From positions 4,898,001 through 4,962,000 of the forward strand of contig JBITNC010000002.1 of the NCBI GenBank assembly GCA_050084985.1: a stretch of DNA of 64,000 nt. The letters are read 5' to 3'. Numbering within the stretch: the stretch's first letter is position 1; every line of letters starts with the position of its first letter. This DNA is from Nageia nagi. Lineage: Eukaryota > Plantae > Pinophyta. A model generated the notes under the pieces. It did no database searches and had not been told where the DNA came from. It saw nothing but the letters and a program-made list of their open reading frames with translations. A program made the position numbers and the translations under genes. This document shows, piece by piece, positions 1 to 11,926 of the stretch.

Positions 1-1004
1 CTTCTAATGTTTTGCAAAAGTTTGTAACATGCCCTTTTCGTTGATATAAGCACAATATGCCTCAAAGTGTTCCAAAGGGGTATCATCATCAACTTTTTCA
101 AGTGGGTGTAGGAGGCCTTTCTTCATTAAGTCCTACAAAAGAATTCTTGGTTGAATTGAAAATATGTAGTTGATATCCTTTGAGGAAGTAGACCTTTGTG
201 CCTTTGGAGGAGTCGGGTCTAGCCGCTATATTAATTGGTTTCTTCTCTTTCTTGACATATGGTTTCCTATTATTTTTGAAAAAAGTGTTAGATGTATATT
301 TAAGCTCTCCTATAGATGATAAAACTTTTTCTTTTACACCAATTGTTGAACTAAAGTAATAAAACCAACATCCTTAGCACTTGAAGCATGTAATTGAAGT
401 ATAGGAATAATAGATTCATGAAATATGCCATATATCTCATATTCATCTAGTTTAGCTTGAATAGTTTGCCATACCTTTTTGAAGTGTAATACATACTTCT
501 CTATGGTTTCATTGTTTCCTTGACAAAGTGCACATAATTTCGATATATTTCCTTATTCTTTAATATTATGCTTCTATTGACCCATAAATGTTTGAACTAA
601 GGTTTTAAAGGAATCAATAGACTTCCCAGGTAAAGAGTAAAACCATTGAGTAGCATCACCTTTCAAACTCTTTAGAATTTAGCCATTTACCTCTCATCCG
701 AACCCAGTTTCAACAAGTACTCCTCCTGAAAGCTAATGAGATGTTGCTTGGGATCTTGTTCACCACTGAACATCTCAAACTTGGGGGTCTTGTGATCAAG
801 TGGTAGGGAAAAATTGCAGATGTCATCCGTCAAGGGTGAAATGAAAAGGCCATCACTGTCATTAGGATTTGATGGTGGGGAGGTATTGGATGAACCTCCT
901 AGATTAGTCGAATTAGAACTTGGATTATTGTTTGTAGTAATCTCCCTTTGCAAGTCCAAAATATTCATGTTCAAAGCTTGAAACGTGGTTGTTAGCTGAT
1001 CCAT
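1..1004 (-). mobile_element. Ty3/Gypsy (non-chromovirus, Tat/Athila-like) gag remnant
   Basis: PKFEMFSGEQDPKQHL, then after a frameshift SLKGDATQWFYSLPGKSIDSFKTLVQTF (Retrotrans_gag-like); stops and frameshifts. Confidence 0.8.
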
Positions 1005-1110
1005 CTTAACATCGCTAGCATCCTAATAATAGAGATATACGATGTTGGCGGCCTGATCCTGATAAGAAGGGTTAGTGCAATCTTACCTCTAGGGCAAGAT
1101 AAATCGAACA

Positions 1111-1730
1111 GTTAGGTTCACCAAAATGTAGATCCAAAATAATGCATATAATTGTTTATAGGGTTGGTTAATGCACTATTAGGACTACTTTGTAAATATT
1201 GACATATATCACATAGAGATGGCAATAACATGTAATAAGAACGCAACAATGTTTACTTAGATTCGATATTCATTTTGTTAATCAAAAAATGCATAAAGTA
1301 CAAAGCATACATTCATGAACAAGCACATCACCGACGTCATAGGATGAGCGAAATTACAAACATGAACAAGAATGTAACGATGAGCAAATTAACGAATAAT
1401 CAAATGAACATACATGCGAACTTACCAAATAATAAATGTGTAATATAGATAGGCAAAAGAAGTTGCAATCCTTCAAATGATCTTCAATTGATAATATTTG
1501 TATTAGCTTGAAATGATTATTAGCCCATGATTCCATCATGATCTATAGGTCATCAAATGATGCCTTTATATATGATACAAGTTTATATGACTTTGATATT
1601 TTGACCCCTTGTACATTCCATAAGGTTCAAATACATGGCCTACACATTTTTTATACATTTTTAATCCCTTTTTAAATAATACATTGTTAAGAGATTAAAA
1701 TGATTTATTAAATACATAAAGGTTTATTTT
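1111..1730 (-). mobile_element. PBS and 5' LTR of the Gypsy element
   Basis: Minus strand reads ...TCTACA (LTR end at 1127) TTT TGGTGAACCTAAC, resembling the complement of the tRNA-Trp 3' end; distal LTR boundary approximate. Confidence 0.55.
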
Positions 1731-1749
1731 GAGGCTTCTAAACTAATAC

Positions 1750-2010
1750 CATAACCTATGTATTACTTGGGAACCAACCCTAAGAGCATGACCAAATGTT
1801 ATTGCATAATTAATAGGATGAATAATTATACATACATTATTGAACATCTTGGTCATGGAATCTATCTTGAGGAAGCTTTGAACATCATTAGAAAAATCCC
1901 CATAAAACTCGAATTAAATGTGTGAATATGATTTGCTTAGTACTTGTAGATCATATAAGAATGTAGAAAGATATGAATTTACAGTAAAAAATATTTTTTG
2001 TTAGACATTC
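1750..2010 (+). pseudogene. PLS-class PPR gene fragment (S2/E1 motifs)
   Basis: Decayed ...YTYIIEHLGHGIYLEEALNIIRKIPIKLELNV*..LLSTCRSYKNVE matches the consensus HYxCMVDLLGRAGxLEEAxxxIxxMPxxP..W..LLxACRxH. Confidence 0.75.
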
Positions 2011-2565
2011 ATAAAAAATAGAGGAATTAAGAACATACTTGGATGTGTTTTAAGCCCCCTCCTTATAATCATGCCCTCATCCAACTCAAGTGAGGGTTTG
2101 ATATGGATTTGAAGTGCTTAGAAATGACTCAAGGGTTTCAAATAGATTGAGTATTTGAAATGGATTCCTACATGGATTCCAAATGGATTTGAAATGAAAT
2201 GGCTTAGTAAGCTTCAAAGTGCTTTAAAATTGGTTCTCCTCTCCATTTTTTATTTTTCCATGCATAGATTTTTTAATTTTTTGGAGTAATTTTTAACAAT
2301 GATTCAAAACTATCATGCTGTATATTATGATGTTATTAACTATCATATATTGTTTATCCATCGTATATAGTTCATTACCATTATTTTTTACGGACAGTTC
2401 TAAACCAACCTCTTATGTTGTATGATAGTAGTTAAGTATCACTATAAAAAACCATTGTATTGTTATCACCCTTATTGCCCTTTTTTGATGTAGTGAGAGG
2501 TTGTATAAAATACTTTGATAAGTGGCTTGATTTATTGGGCATATATAATAACATAGCCCCTTTAG

Positions 2566-3990
2566 CACTACTAAAAACCACCCTATTTGTGTCGATTTTG
2601 ACATCGAAACACGGTGTATTTTTTTGCATTTAAACACAAAAAAATAATGCAAAATAAGACGCTAAGTGATGTCGGATTTTGGGTCTTTTTTTCATCATTT
2701 TTAATGTCAAAATTTGCATTGAAATGCATCAGAAATTATCATTTTTCGCATCAATAAGCATCGTTTTTAGTGTCATCTTCTACATCATTTTGCATAAACT
2801 TTTGCATCATTTTTTACGTCATCCAACGTTTTTTGCATCAAAATTATTAAAAAATTTTAAAAAATAATTATTATTATTATATTTCAATACAAATTTAATA
2901 ATATATTACAATAATATTAATATTACAATATTATTAATATTTTATAATTATGAATAGATTTTTATTTAATTTTAATAATATTATTTGCATTATTTATATT
3001 TTAGTATACTTTTATTATATTTTAATAAATATTTAATAATAGCATTTATTATATTATAATAGCATTCCATGTTTAGTTGAGCATAAAAATATCAACATCA
3101 TATTAACATTCATAAATGGCGTCCACATCATGAGTACTATGACTCAACATCAACATCCTCACTTCTTGACTCACTAACAGACTCACTACCTGACTCACTA
3201 GTAGACTCACTACCTAACCCATTGTTAGTTGACCCACTAGATGACTTATCATCATCATCATCGACTAGATCTCCAAACAAATTATCGTATTCAATCTCAG
3301 TATTTGCATCCTCCAGTAGCTCGTGCTCGATCAATTGCATGCCATGCTCCTCTAATTGACCCTATGATACACCCACCTACGATGCACTCACCTATAAATA
3401 ATAAGAAAATAAAAGTTAGTAAACAATCAAAACTTACCAAAAATATGCATCACCTACAACAAATTCATGTGTATATGAATTAAAATAATTGTAATTACTT
3501 ACACCAACATCTAGCCTTTCCTTCAAGGCCTTGTAACCATATGTGATGCCAAAATATCATTCCTCATAATTAGGGAACGGATTGAAATCTCTTAACTATA
3601 AAAAAAAATATTAATTACTACTACACTATAAAAAATTATCTATTCATTTTCAAATATTAAAATATCATTGAAAATCACTAAATGCACTCACGAATTAGGC
3701 TTCCACATGTCTCGCCCCTCCACTTCCCGATTGATGCATAAGCATGCGTCCCAATTTGGCAACTCAGGATTTCACTAAAGTTATTAAACAAATACGAAAT
3801 CCTATTTCTCGAAGTTTGTAGAGCCTCTTTTATTGAAAATTATATTAAAAATACAAAATCTAATCCAATTGTAAAAACAATAACATATTTTAAATATGCA
3901 CTCTCTTATCTGCAACCTTGCAAAAGTTTATAAAAAACTTCTTCGAAAAACATCATCAAACACAACCAAAGTCAACAAAGTACATTGCCA
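2566..3990 (-). mobile_element. CACTA (En/Spm) transposon end with a spliced gene remnant
   Basis: CACTACTAAAAA terminus at 2566; subterminal TTTGCATC/GACG-type repeats at 2590-2840; acidic Ser-rich terminal exon 3137-3390 and short exon-like blocks with GT-AG boundaries to ~3830. The other TIR was not found. Confidence 0.6.
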
Positions 3991-3991
3991 T

Positions 3992-5520
3992 TGTTACGAC
4001 CTTGAAGTTACAGGTCCAAAGCCAAAGGTCGGCTCACCAAACCTAGTTTCAAGCCAAAAGAGCAAGTAGAAATTTAAAATTGAAGGATCAGGATCCTAAA
4101 GGTGATCAAGATCCCGAGGGGAGAGGGAATCCTGGTCCCTTAGGATCCTGATCAAGCTTAAGGATCTCAAACCAGACTAGGATCTCAACCCTGTGCTGAA
4201 CAAAATTGAGTCCCAAGACTTCCTCCAAAGTGGGATTCATCTTCTTACACTTACCTAAAATCAAGATTGATGTCTCTTCACAAGTTTATCAAGTCTTTAC
4301 AAGTGGCTTATGAAGATAGATTAAATATCATGCAAGTTATGCAGCTTGAAATAATATCTTAGGAATGAACACCTATATTGTTGTGAATTTTTCATCTTTG
4401 TGTGAAACAAGTCAAGGAATAATTATTGAAAGAAGTATGAAAATTCACAATTTAACCAACTGGGCAGTTAAATTGAATTGAAAGATTTCACTTACACGAA
4501 ACATTCAACAAGGATTAATTCTTATGATAATTATTTGACATGAGAAACATGATTCAAGTTATCACACAAATATTTAAAGATAAAGTTGCACTTATTTGAT
4601 TGATCAAGGATCCCCTCGTTAAAAAGGAGGATTGTAGAATCTCGTGTTGTCCCAATTTTTCCTTGACAAGAAAAACTAGTTAACATATAATTCACCCAAT
4701 GTGGGCTACATTCACCAAGAAATATCTAGTTACTTGTATTACATCAATACAATCTCCATGAAAGGAACAACCCTTCAACACAATCAACTACAACCTCTCC
4801 TCTCCAATACACTAGTATCTGTTCATGAGTTTCTCTCTCAATCACAACATAACAACTCTCACCATGATTACACATTACATCAAGTACTCCCTCCAATCTC
4901 TACACCAAGATCACTCATGGCTCTACACCAAGCTCGTAGCATCATTATGCAATCACCTTGAATCGCCATACTATAGTGCTTTACCATGCATCTTCTTTAA
5001 TGGAGGAGCATCACCATGCATCTCCAAGCATCTACATCCTTTCTCTCTAATGGAGAAACTGAATACAATGATAATTACATAATAATCCCCCTTCTTGGAG
5101 CATTTACTTATTTATAGAACTAACACCAACTATACATGCTAAAATAAGCATAATATAATTAACATAATCCCCACTTAAGGCCTAGTTCAAACTTAGAAAG
5201 TTTACAATTAGAAAAAACTTAATTTTAACCATTTGTAAAATTAGTTTTTCTTTTTTCCCTTTTTTCGCCTCTAGTAGAAATCAAACTCCAAAACTTCACA
5301 AATTTTTGATATCTTATTTAGGATTACTCTGATAGATCTATGAAAATACATTTTTTTAACTAGTTATTAAGGACCTATCTAAAATCCCAATCTTCTCAAG
5401 GACTACTTCGGTAGTTTCATGAAATAACATTTGTAAAAACATGCTTTGAGGCCCTGTCCAAAAAAAAAACATGTTTTTAGTAATTAAAAAATAATAATTA
5501 AAACAAGTCTTTTAACATCC
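3992..5520. mobile_element. LTR-retrotransposon LTR fragments
   Basis: TGTTACGACC start at 3992 with GGATC-rich subrepeats; purine tract AAAAAGGAGGA followed by TGTAG at 4633; boundaries uncertain. Confidence 0.4.
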
Positions 5521-5918
5521 TTTTAAACTCAATGGTTTGTAGGACCTATCAAAATTTTTCCATAATATTTTAATTACTTCGTTTACAATATATAATTTTA
5601 ATTTATCACTATTTAAAATAGTTATGTTAATGTGCATACCTTGTAAAATAAAGTGATTTGTCAAAATCTTTTAGCCAACCTTATTTTTAAGATATTGATG
5701 AGTTATACAAATTTGTTGAGCAACTACAAATAGCCTAAACCATAATACAATTTTAAAAACTGTAATATAATTCACTTCATATATAATACAATTACAAATC
5801 AATAACTTATTTCTTTTTACATAATTTTAATTTTTAATTTGTTTGATTTAATTTTTTTGATATGACAAAAGGTACCTTCGCATGACTAGAGCATCTATTT
5901 CTTCAAAATCATAGGATT

Positions 5919-6072
5919 ATCCATATGTGTAGGGGAGTTGGAGAGAGTAGCTGAAAACTCTCAAATGGATAATGAGAGACCTCATGTTCAAATCTTCCCC
6001 CTCATATGTAAGTAGACATGTAACATATTGTGGATGCAAATATAACCCTCACAAACTTGTAACTCATCAAAA
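5919..6072 (+). mobile_element. tRNA-derived SINE
   Basis: B-box-like GTTCAAATC, A-rich tail, TSD AAAATCATAGGATT (5905-5918) / AAAATCATAAGATT (6073-6086). Confidence 0.7.
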
Positions 6073-6379
6073 AAAATCATAAGATTTAACACTAAACTCA
6101 ACCACATTTATACTTTCTAAAAAAAGAAAATTATTATAACACATAAAAACAAAAAGATTTGAACCTCAATTTCCCACAAAACATTCTCATAACTTCCTTA
6201 GATGAACAGTTCATTTAAATTAATTTTAAATCATATTTTATTATTTTATCTCACAAACATCATCTACATATAGCATAAAATTTAAGAAATTGCTTGGGTC
6301 AAATTAACTTAATTTGGGGATTAAATTAATTAACATCGTTGGCATATGTTAATTATGAAAGATAATTATAATTATAAAG

Positions 6380-7120
6380 AAAATGTGCAGATCAAACCCT
6401 GCGAGACTCTTCATGCTGAAAGGCCTTAATGAATCTCTACTCTGCAAAGGCCTCTCGTGAAATAGAATGCGAAAGTTGGATTTGTTGCAGAGTATTTAGG
6501 GTTTTCGCGATCTAAGATATCCAAGATACTGAAGCTTTAAAATACGAAACCCTAAGTAGTACTACTCTGCTTCACCATTAATTCGTAAATGCAGAAGAAG
6601 AATGAAGAAAGTAAAGGCGGTGGTCGTCAGTTCGAACCGCACAAGTAGAAATTCGTCCGTTAATTATTATTTTTTAGCCTACTGAAAATCTCCTGAGACA
6701 ATACTTGACGGATACGAAGAATCTGAATCTGTTTCACAAGCAAGGATGACAGAATAAAGCCTCATACCTTAAATGTCCGTCAGTCAAAAGTCACTTTCTA
6801 CATCAGAAAATAAAGTTCGGTGAAGAAGCCCGTGGTCCACGGTACGAATCTCCCTTCTATATGCCCTTTGCCCTGTGAAAGAAATTATAGGATCTTCTGC
6901 TCTCGTCTCAGGCATTTCTGACAGAAGATCTGAAGGCTACAGGTAACGGTGGGGAAGAGAATTGTACAAATTCTTCAAATAAAAGATCTGGCAATCGCGA
7001 ACCGAGATTTCTGTCAGTTGACAGAAAATGTGCCCTCGTAATATCTTTAAAAGTAATCTGCACTGTGAGGAGGATGGCTCTTAACCAGGTACAATAGAGA
7101 TAATGTAGCACGTGTAGATG
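6380..7120. promoter_or_regulatory. Isolated CpG/CHG-intact island: candidate distal cis-regulatory element or ncRNA locus
   Basis: About 27 CpG in ~740 bp by manual count versus depleted flanks; telo-boxes, TCP-like CCGTGGTCCACGG (6830-6842), G-box CACGTG (7109-7114), many TGAC cores, several inverted repeats; no credible ORF. Confidence 0.5.
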
Positions 7121-7919
7121 CTTAAAATTAGTTGTTTTAAATTTATTTTTTTAAGTTTTGATTTTATCATAAGATATTAGTTTATTTTTGTATATGTTTT
7201 TTGCAGTTTAATTTTGATATTATTTGATACAGTCTTAGTTATTTGTGAAAGGTTTTTTTTCCTTTTCTATCTTCTACATGCAATCTTATCATTAAATTTT
7301 TGTTATGAAAAATATAGAAATTTTATTAGATATTTTTTAGTTTCAAATTTTAGGTTACTAGGAGTTTTCTATATTTGGTGGGCTTTGATTGTAAAGTTAA
7401 AGAATTCTCACTTAAAATAAATTTTTTAAAATTGTTTATTTCATGTAGTATTTATATTATAGTATTACAATGATATTGTAAAGAGTCATAGAAGTAAAGA
7501 TGAAGATTCAAAAACTTCACAAAGGTTCAAAAATGATCTAATTTATGATCTTAAAAATAATAATACGATTTGCTTCATGTGCTATACAATTTTCATACAA
7601 GTACATACTTATTCCTTTTTATGTAATTTCTATTTTGAGTTCAGTTATTATTGAATTAATTCAAGCCATAAACATCTTATAAATATGTTGTAGATATTAG
7701 CATAAAATCATATTGTCGCTTGGTTGAATAAAAGATTATCTCTCTTTTCATTTATGTAAAATAATTTAGCTTAAATAAAATAACTTAGTTTCAAGATTAA
7801 GTTTATATATAAATATTTTGGTGAACCTTGATTATCTACAAACATATTTGTAATTTGAATATTTTTTTTAATTTATTTGGAATTAAATTTCTTGATAATT
7901 CTTACTTTAAACCTTATAA

Positions 7920-8200
7920 TTGAAGAGCTTTATTTAAATCTATTCTGAAATTACAATGCAGAAACAAATAAATAAAAAAAAACAACAATCTCAAAAGCAA
8001 AAGGAACATACGAGACTTATCCTAGTTCATCCAATGTGGGCTACTCCAACATGTCAAGAGCTTCTTCTCTTTATATTATTGCTTACATTGAACAATTTGC
8101 CACAAATAGCACATTACAATGAATATATAAGAAAACTCTCAACCTTAAATCACAACGTGGTATTAAAATTCCATGGACTAAACCATCCATCCTTGCACTA
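7920..8200 (-). mobile_element. LTR fragment (Copia-like U5/R)
   Basis: TG start and LTR-type composition (CACGAGACTTATCCTAGTTCA..GGGCTAC-like tract); heavily decayed. Confidence 0.3.
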
Positions 8201-8287
8201 AGAATAGATGTATATGTACGTATGAGAATGAAGGTAAACATATATTCATATTTAAGAATAGATAGTTTATTTTATTCATATTCAAGA

Positions 8288-8321
8288 ATATATATATATA
8301 TATATATAATATATATATATA
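8288..8321. repeat. imperfect (TA)n microsatellite
   Basis: Direct reading. Confidence 0.85.
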
Positions 8322-8349
8322 TTTTTTTTTTATAGTTTTAACTTATATA

Positions 8350-8700
8350 AATTATATGGGAAATGTCAACACCATATTCCAATGATGATTAAGTTGGCAT
8401 GTAGAGTAACTACATTGAAAGAGATGAATTCATTCTATTGCATTTCCCTCAAAAACCTCTAGAGCCTCCTCATAAGCCATTTTGTGTAGCCTGCAATCAT
8501 TAAATTCCTTGATACGATGTATCCCTACTACATTTATGAGTAGTACATGACCTCTTGTATGATCCCAAGTTTTGCACATATGTCTATAGGGCACTTGCAA
8601 CCATAACATTAACTGAAATCCACTTTTAAAGAGTTATTGATGTGTATATAAACCTTGTTGCATATCTCCAAGATTGGTGCATGCTTTTAAGATGTTGGGA
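8350..8700 (-). pseudogene. PLS-class PPR motif fragment
   Basis: Decayed PPR motifs (..VASAxIDMCAKLG.., ..MIAG..QNG..EEALEVF.EMQ..) with frameshifts. Confidence 0.55.
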
Positions 8701-8934
8701 AAGTGATTTGTTATAGATGGATTATGTTTGTTGTTGATTTAGTGAAACAGTGTTAATGTCGGTCGAGAAGAACCATTTCTTTGGAAACTCGAAATTAGCA
8801 TTTTCCATGAAAAGATGTCTCATTCAACCTTAAAAACATTTAACTTTGTGGGCATTTGTCAAACAACCATAGTTGTGGCTAAGTCTATTTTGCATAATCT
8901 TGGGCATAGACGAGTAAAATTTAATTGTGAATAT

Positions 8935-9610
8935 AATTGCTAACTTTTTGTTATGTTGGCAGAGAAGCGATTCTCTATCATCAACCTCCACATCATGCAA
9001 CATAAGTATTGTATTTGGAATATACCCTACTACCTTCATTGTATTTGACAATGATTCTAGTTTTTTGTAGATCTACTATGTTTTTTGTGTGATCTATCTC
9101 CTATAGAAAAAAACATCATCCCAACTATCTACTTCACCATAAATATTTGAAAGAATAGGATAAGATGGAGCATATTAAGACTCCAATAATAATAAAAAAA
9201 AATGGTTGCTTCCACAAAATTCCCTATTCCTACATTCTTTTTTCATGTATAAATATTAAGTAGAGAGATACACATACCCAATTCATGTGTTTATGGGCAT
9301 TTTGACAATGAGGTTCTAATCTTTCTCAAGATAGCTCACTCAACCAAGAAGATCAGCAATGCTTGTATAATGATTCATTCACAGAATAATTCAATTAGAA
9401 TCACTTATGCTATTAAATTATTTATACTATTTACAGCTCTCATCTATTAGACCTATATGGATGGATGCAAGTAGAACACATAGAAAGGTTGTATTGTGAG
9501 GGTTGGTTCCCAAGTGCTTCATCATATCAAAGAGTTTTAAGGGAATCCTTGTTGTAACCATGAATTGCATATCCTCCAATCATTGTAGTCCATGACACTG
9601 TCTTTGCAAA
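8935..9610 (-). pseudogene. PPR-E-DYW pseudogene fragment (organellar RNA-editing factor type)
   Basis: VSWTTMIGGYAIHG..LFDMMKHLGTNP; NHYTSIADLLG..KMPI; FSIGDRS..KLESLSNTMKVVGYIPNT..LHDVEVDDRESLLCQHNKKLAI (decayed HSEKLA); stops and deletions. Confidence 0.8.
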
Positions 9611-10912
9611 CCCTTCATTCAAGTCACACATTTCATAGTAGTTATATGACTTTTCGTTGTTATCTTATAGCTTTTCTTTTTGTTGTTTGTTCTATGGGAT
9701 TTAAGTCATGAATGAAAACAAAATATATCTTTATTATAGACTACACTTTAGCTTCAAAAAAGGAGAACAATTATTCTTAAGCAAACAAATTCTACCTTGA
9801 AACAAGGCCATAACCATTATATTCATTTTATCATTTGATTTTATCTCCAAGTGTTTTTGCACTATTAATTGTCAAATGTGTTAATTGAAACGGCATTGCA
9901 TCAACAATTCACTATAGCTCTAGTAAAACAAATGCTTCAAAATTGTTTATATATTTTTATGATAGTTGACATTATTCAAGATGTAGATCAATTATTCTCG
10001 TTGTAAATGCATATGTTTTTGAATTCAAATGCACTAAAATAGTTTTTCAAATATTCATATGATTTTTAAATAATCTATCTACTTTCAAAATAGTTGGATT
10101 AATTCTTATCATTATTTTTATTTTAAAAAGGGGTCTAATCTTGTGAGGTTAATATGTTTTAAATGAAAGACAATATCAATACCTTGAATAATATAATTAA
10201 GTGATTTAAATATATTATTGTCAATTGGCCACATTTATTTGAATGAGGAGTAATTTAATCAAAATACCATATGTGGATTTATGCATTATTCTTATGATAT
10301 GGAGAAGTAGACAATGTATGATATGATTTTTCATGGTTATACTTGGTTTGCATCTTGATTTGAAAGATGTCTAAGTCAAGGAAAAGAATATCTAGGCAAG
10401 AGATATTCATGAGACATATTAAGAGGAAGATTTGTATATTTACTTTGAAATGGTATTGGTTTTTAAAACATATTGAGTTTAATGTGAATGAGGTAGACCA
10501 CCTAGCTCAAGGGGGTAATATCATCTTCAATATTCAAGAGTTCAAGATAGAGATGTTGATTTTTATGATATGTGATGAAAGCATGATTGTTATGTTTAAC
10601 ATTATTGGGAAACAAATAACCTTAAGATTATTTATTTACCTTGTTTGAGTACCTCTTAGGTTGAGGAAAGAATGTCAAGTGATGGTGTTTAAGAGACTAA
10701 ACATGGGGATTTTGGAATAATCTGATATTGATGCATTCTCAGTTGAAATGTTTTATGAATTATCAAGGATGTTACATTAAATTGTTTTGAGAACCTCTTA
10801 AGACAAGGAATGAATATCTAGGTGTGAGATATTCCTGAAACCTATAGAGAGAAAGATTGTTATTTTATTTATGTTTGATGTAATACATATATTATATAGT
10901 TGCATTTGTTGT

Positions 10913-11470
10913 GAGGCATTAGTGTAGTGGTAAGGTCTTTTGGTCTCCCTTTGGGAGGTCATAGGTTCCAACCCCACAAGCCAAAGAGAGGAAAACTATA
11001 CTCTTGTGGAGGGATAATAAAGGAAGTAAAACATGTTTAGGTGTTGGTAGAGATCGACCAAGGTTTCCTACATGGTAGATTATAAGGACTCCCCATTACA
11101 TGCATATGGATATAGAATCCTCAAAACTTTACCCTAAAATTTTTTACAACATGAATTTGATCCAACCCTCATTCAAGTAATCTTTACCCTGATCGGGGAG
11201 TAGGTAATTATAAGAAGTCATGGATGGATGGCCACCTCCTTGTAGTCATAAATATGCATGGCAAGGCAAACTACCAAGCAAAATCTCGCTCATTCCACCT
11301 ACAAGTGGTAGTACGAAGGATGGATTCCAAACGACGAAGGTGGTAGTAGAGGATTACATAGGAAAAGTTGGTCGGGTAAAAAATATAGCTCTCCCTCAAA
11401 ATTCTCCTTTGCAATCAACAAGAATGGGTGGTGATCCAATGCAAATTGAGTCAACGATGTTTGCAATATA
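10913..11470 (+). mobile_element. tRNA-headed repeat (SINE-like)
   Basis: A-box-like TAGTGTAGTGG (10920-10930) and B-box-like GGTTCCAACC (10964-10973) at tRNA spacing; does not fold as a tRNA; 3' end uncertain. Confidence 0.5.
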
Positions 11471-11484
11471 AATCATAGCTTATC

Positions 11485-11926
11485 TGTTTGAACCCTCCAG
11501 ACTGTTTTAATTTTTAAGAAAATTTAATGGCTATGATGAGGGGATAACAAGGCTATGAATTGTATGAATCTATTGGGAGTTGATCTAGCAATTCACATCA
11601 GGGCCTCAACAAAGTTTCTAAGGCAAGCTAGTGAGGAAGAAAAGAGGGAATCATCGAAGGGAAAAGGCAAAAGAACAACTAGGATATATGTTTTATATTT
11701 TGGATGCATTTTATGTTGTATGCTTTGAGACGTGTTTTGATGTTGGTGATCTTGTTATGACCTGTTTTGATAGTTAATAAGTAATGATAGGGCTATATGT
11801 TGTGATTTTGCTTATAAAAGTTATTGGACAGTCTATTTTTGCTAGGTTTGAGGGCCACAATTCTCCAGAGACTATTAAAAAAGATTTGTTGGTCCATTTG
11901 AATCCATAATCCTTCAAGTATAAAAA
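11485..11926 (+). mobile_element. 3' end of an L1-type LINE (5'-truncated)
   Basis: T-rich 3'UTR ending in an A-tail; candidate TSD AGCTTATC (11477-11484) / AGCTAATC (11927-11934). Confidence 0.4.

Noticed and set aside
6385-6660. Telomerase RNA (AAACCCT template-like motif followed by CTCTTCATG)
   Set aside because: No G-rich 5' / C-rich 3' closing helix, no convincing USE+TATA Pol III promoter or T-run terminator; the motifs are more simply telo-boxes.
6860-6876. miR399 or IPS1-like motif (TGCC..TTTGCCCTG)
   Set aside because: The central AAAGGAGA segment is missing; partial chance match.
6915-7030. MIR156/157 precursor (TGACAGAAGAT)
   Set aside because: Only the first 11 nt match; no AGAGAGCAC continuation and no miRNA* arm.
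10913-10985. Functional tRNA gene
   Set aside because: A/B boxes are present but acceptor and anticodon stems do not form; treated as a SINE-like head.
10913-11926. Single tripartite SINE (tRNA head + L1-derived tail)
   Set aside because: The L1 tail has its own candidate TSD, suggesting an independent insertion.
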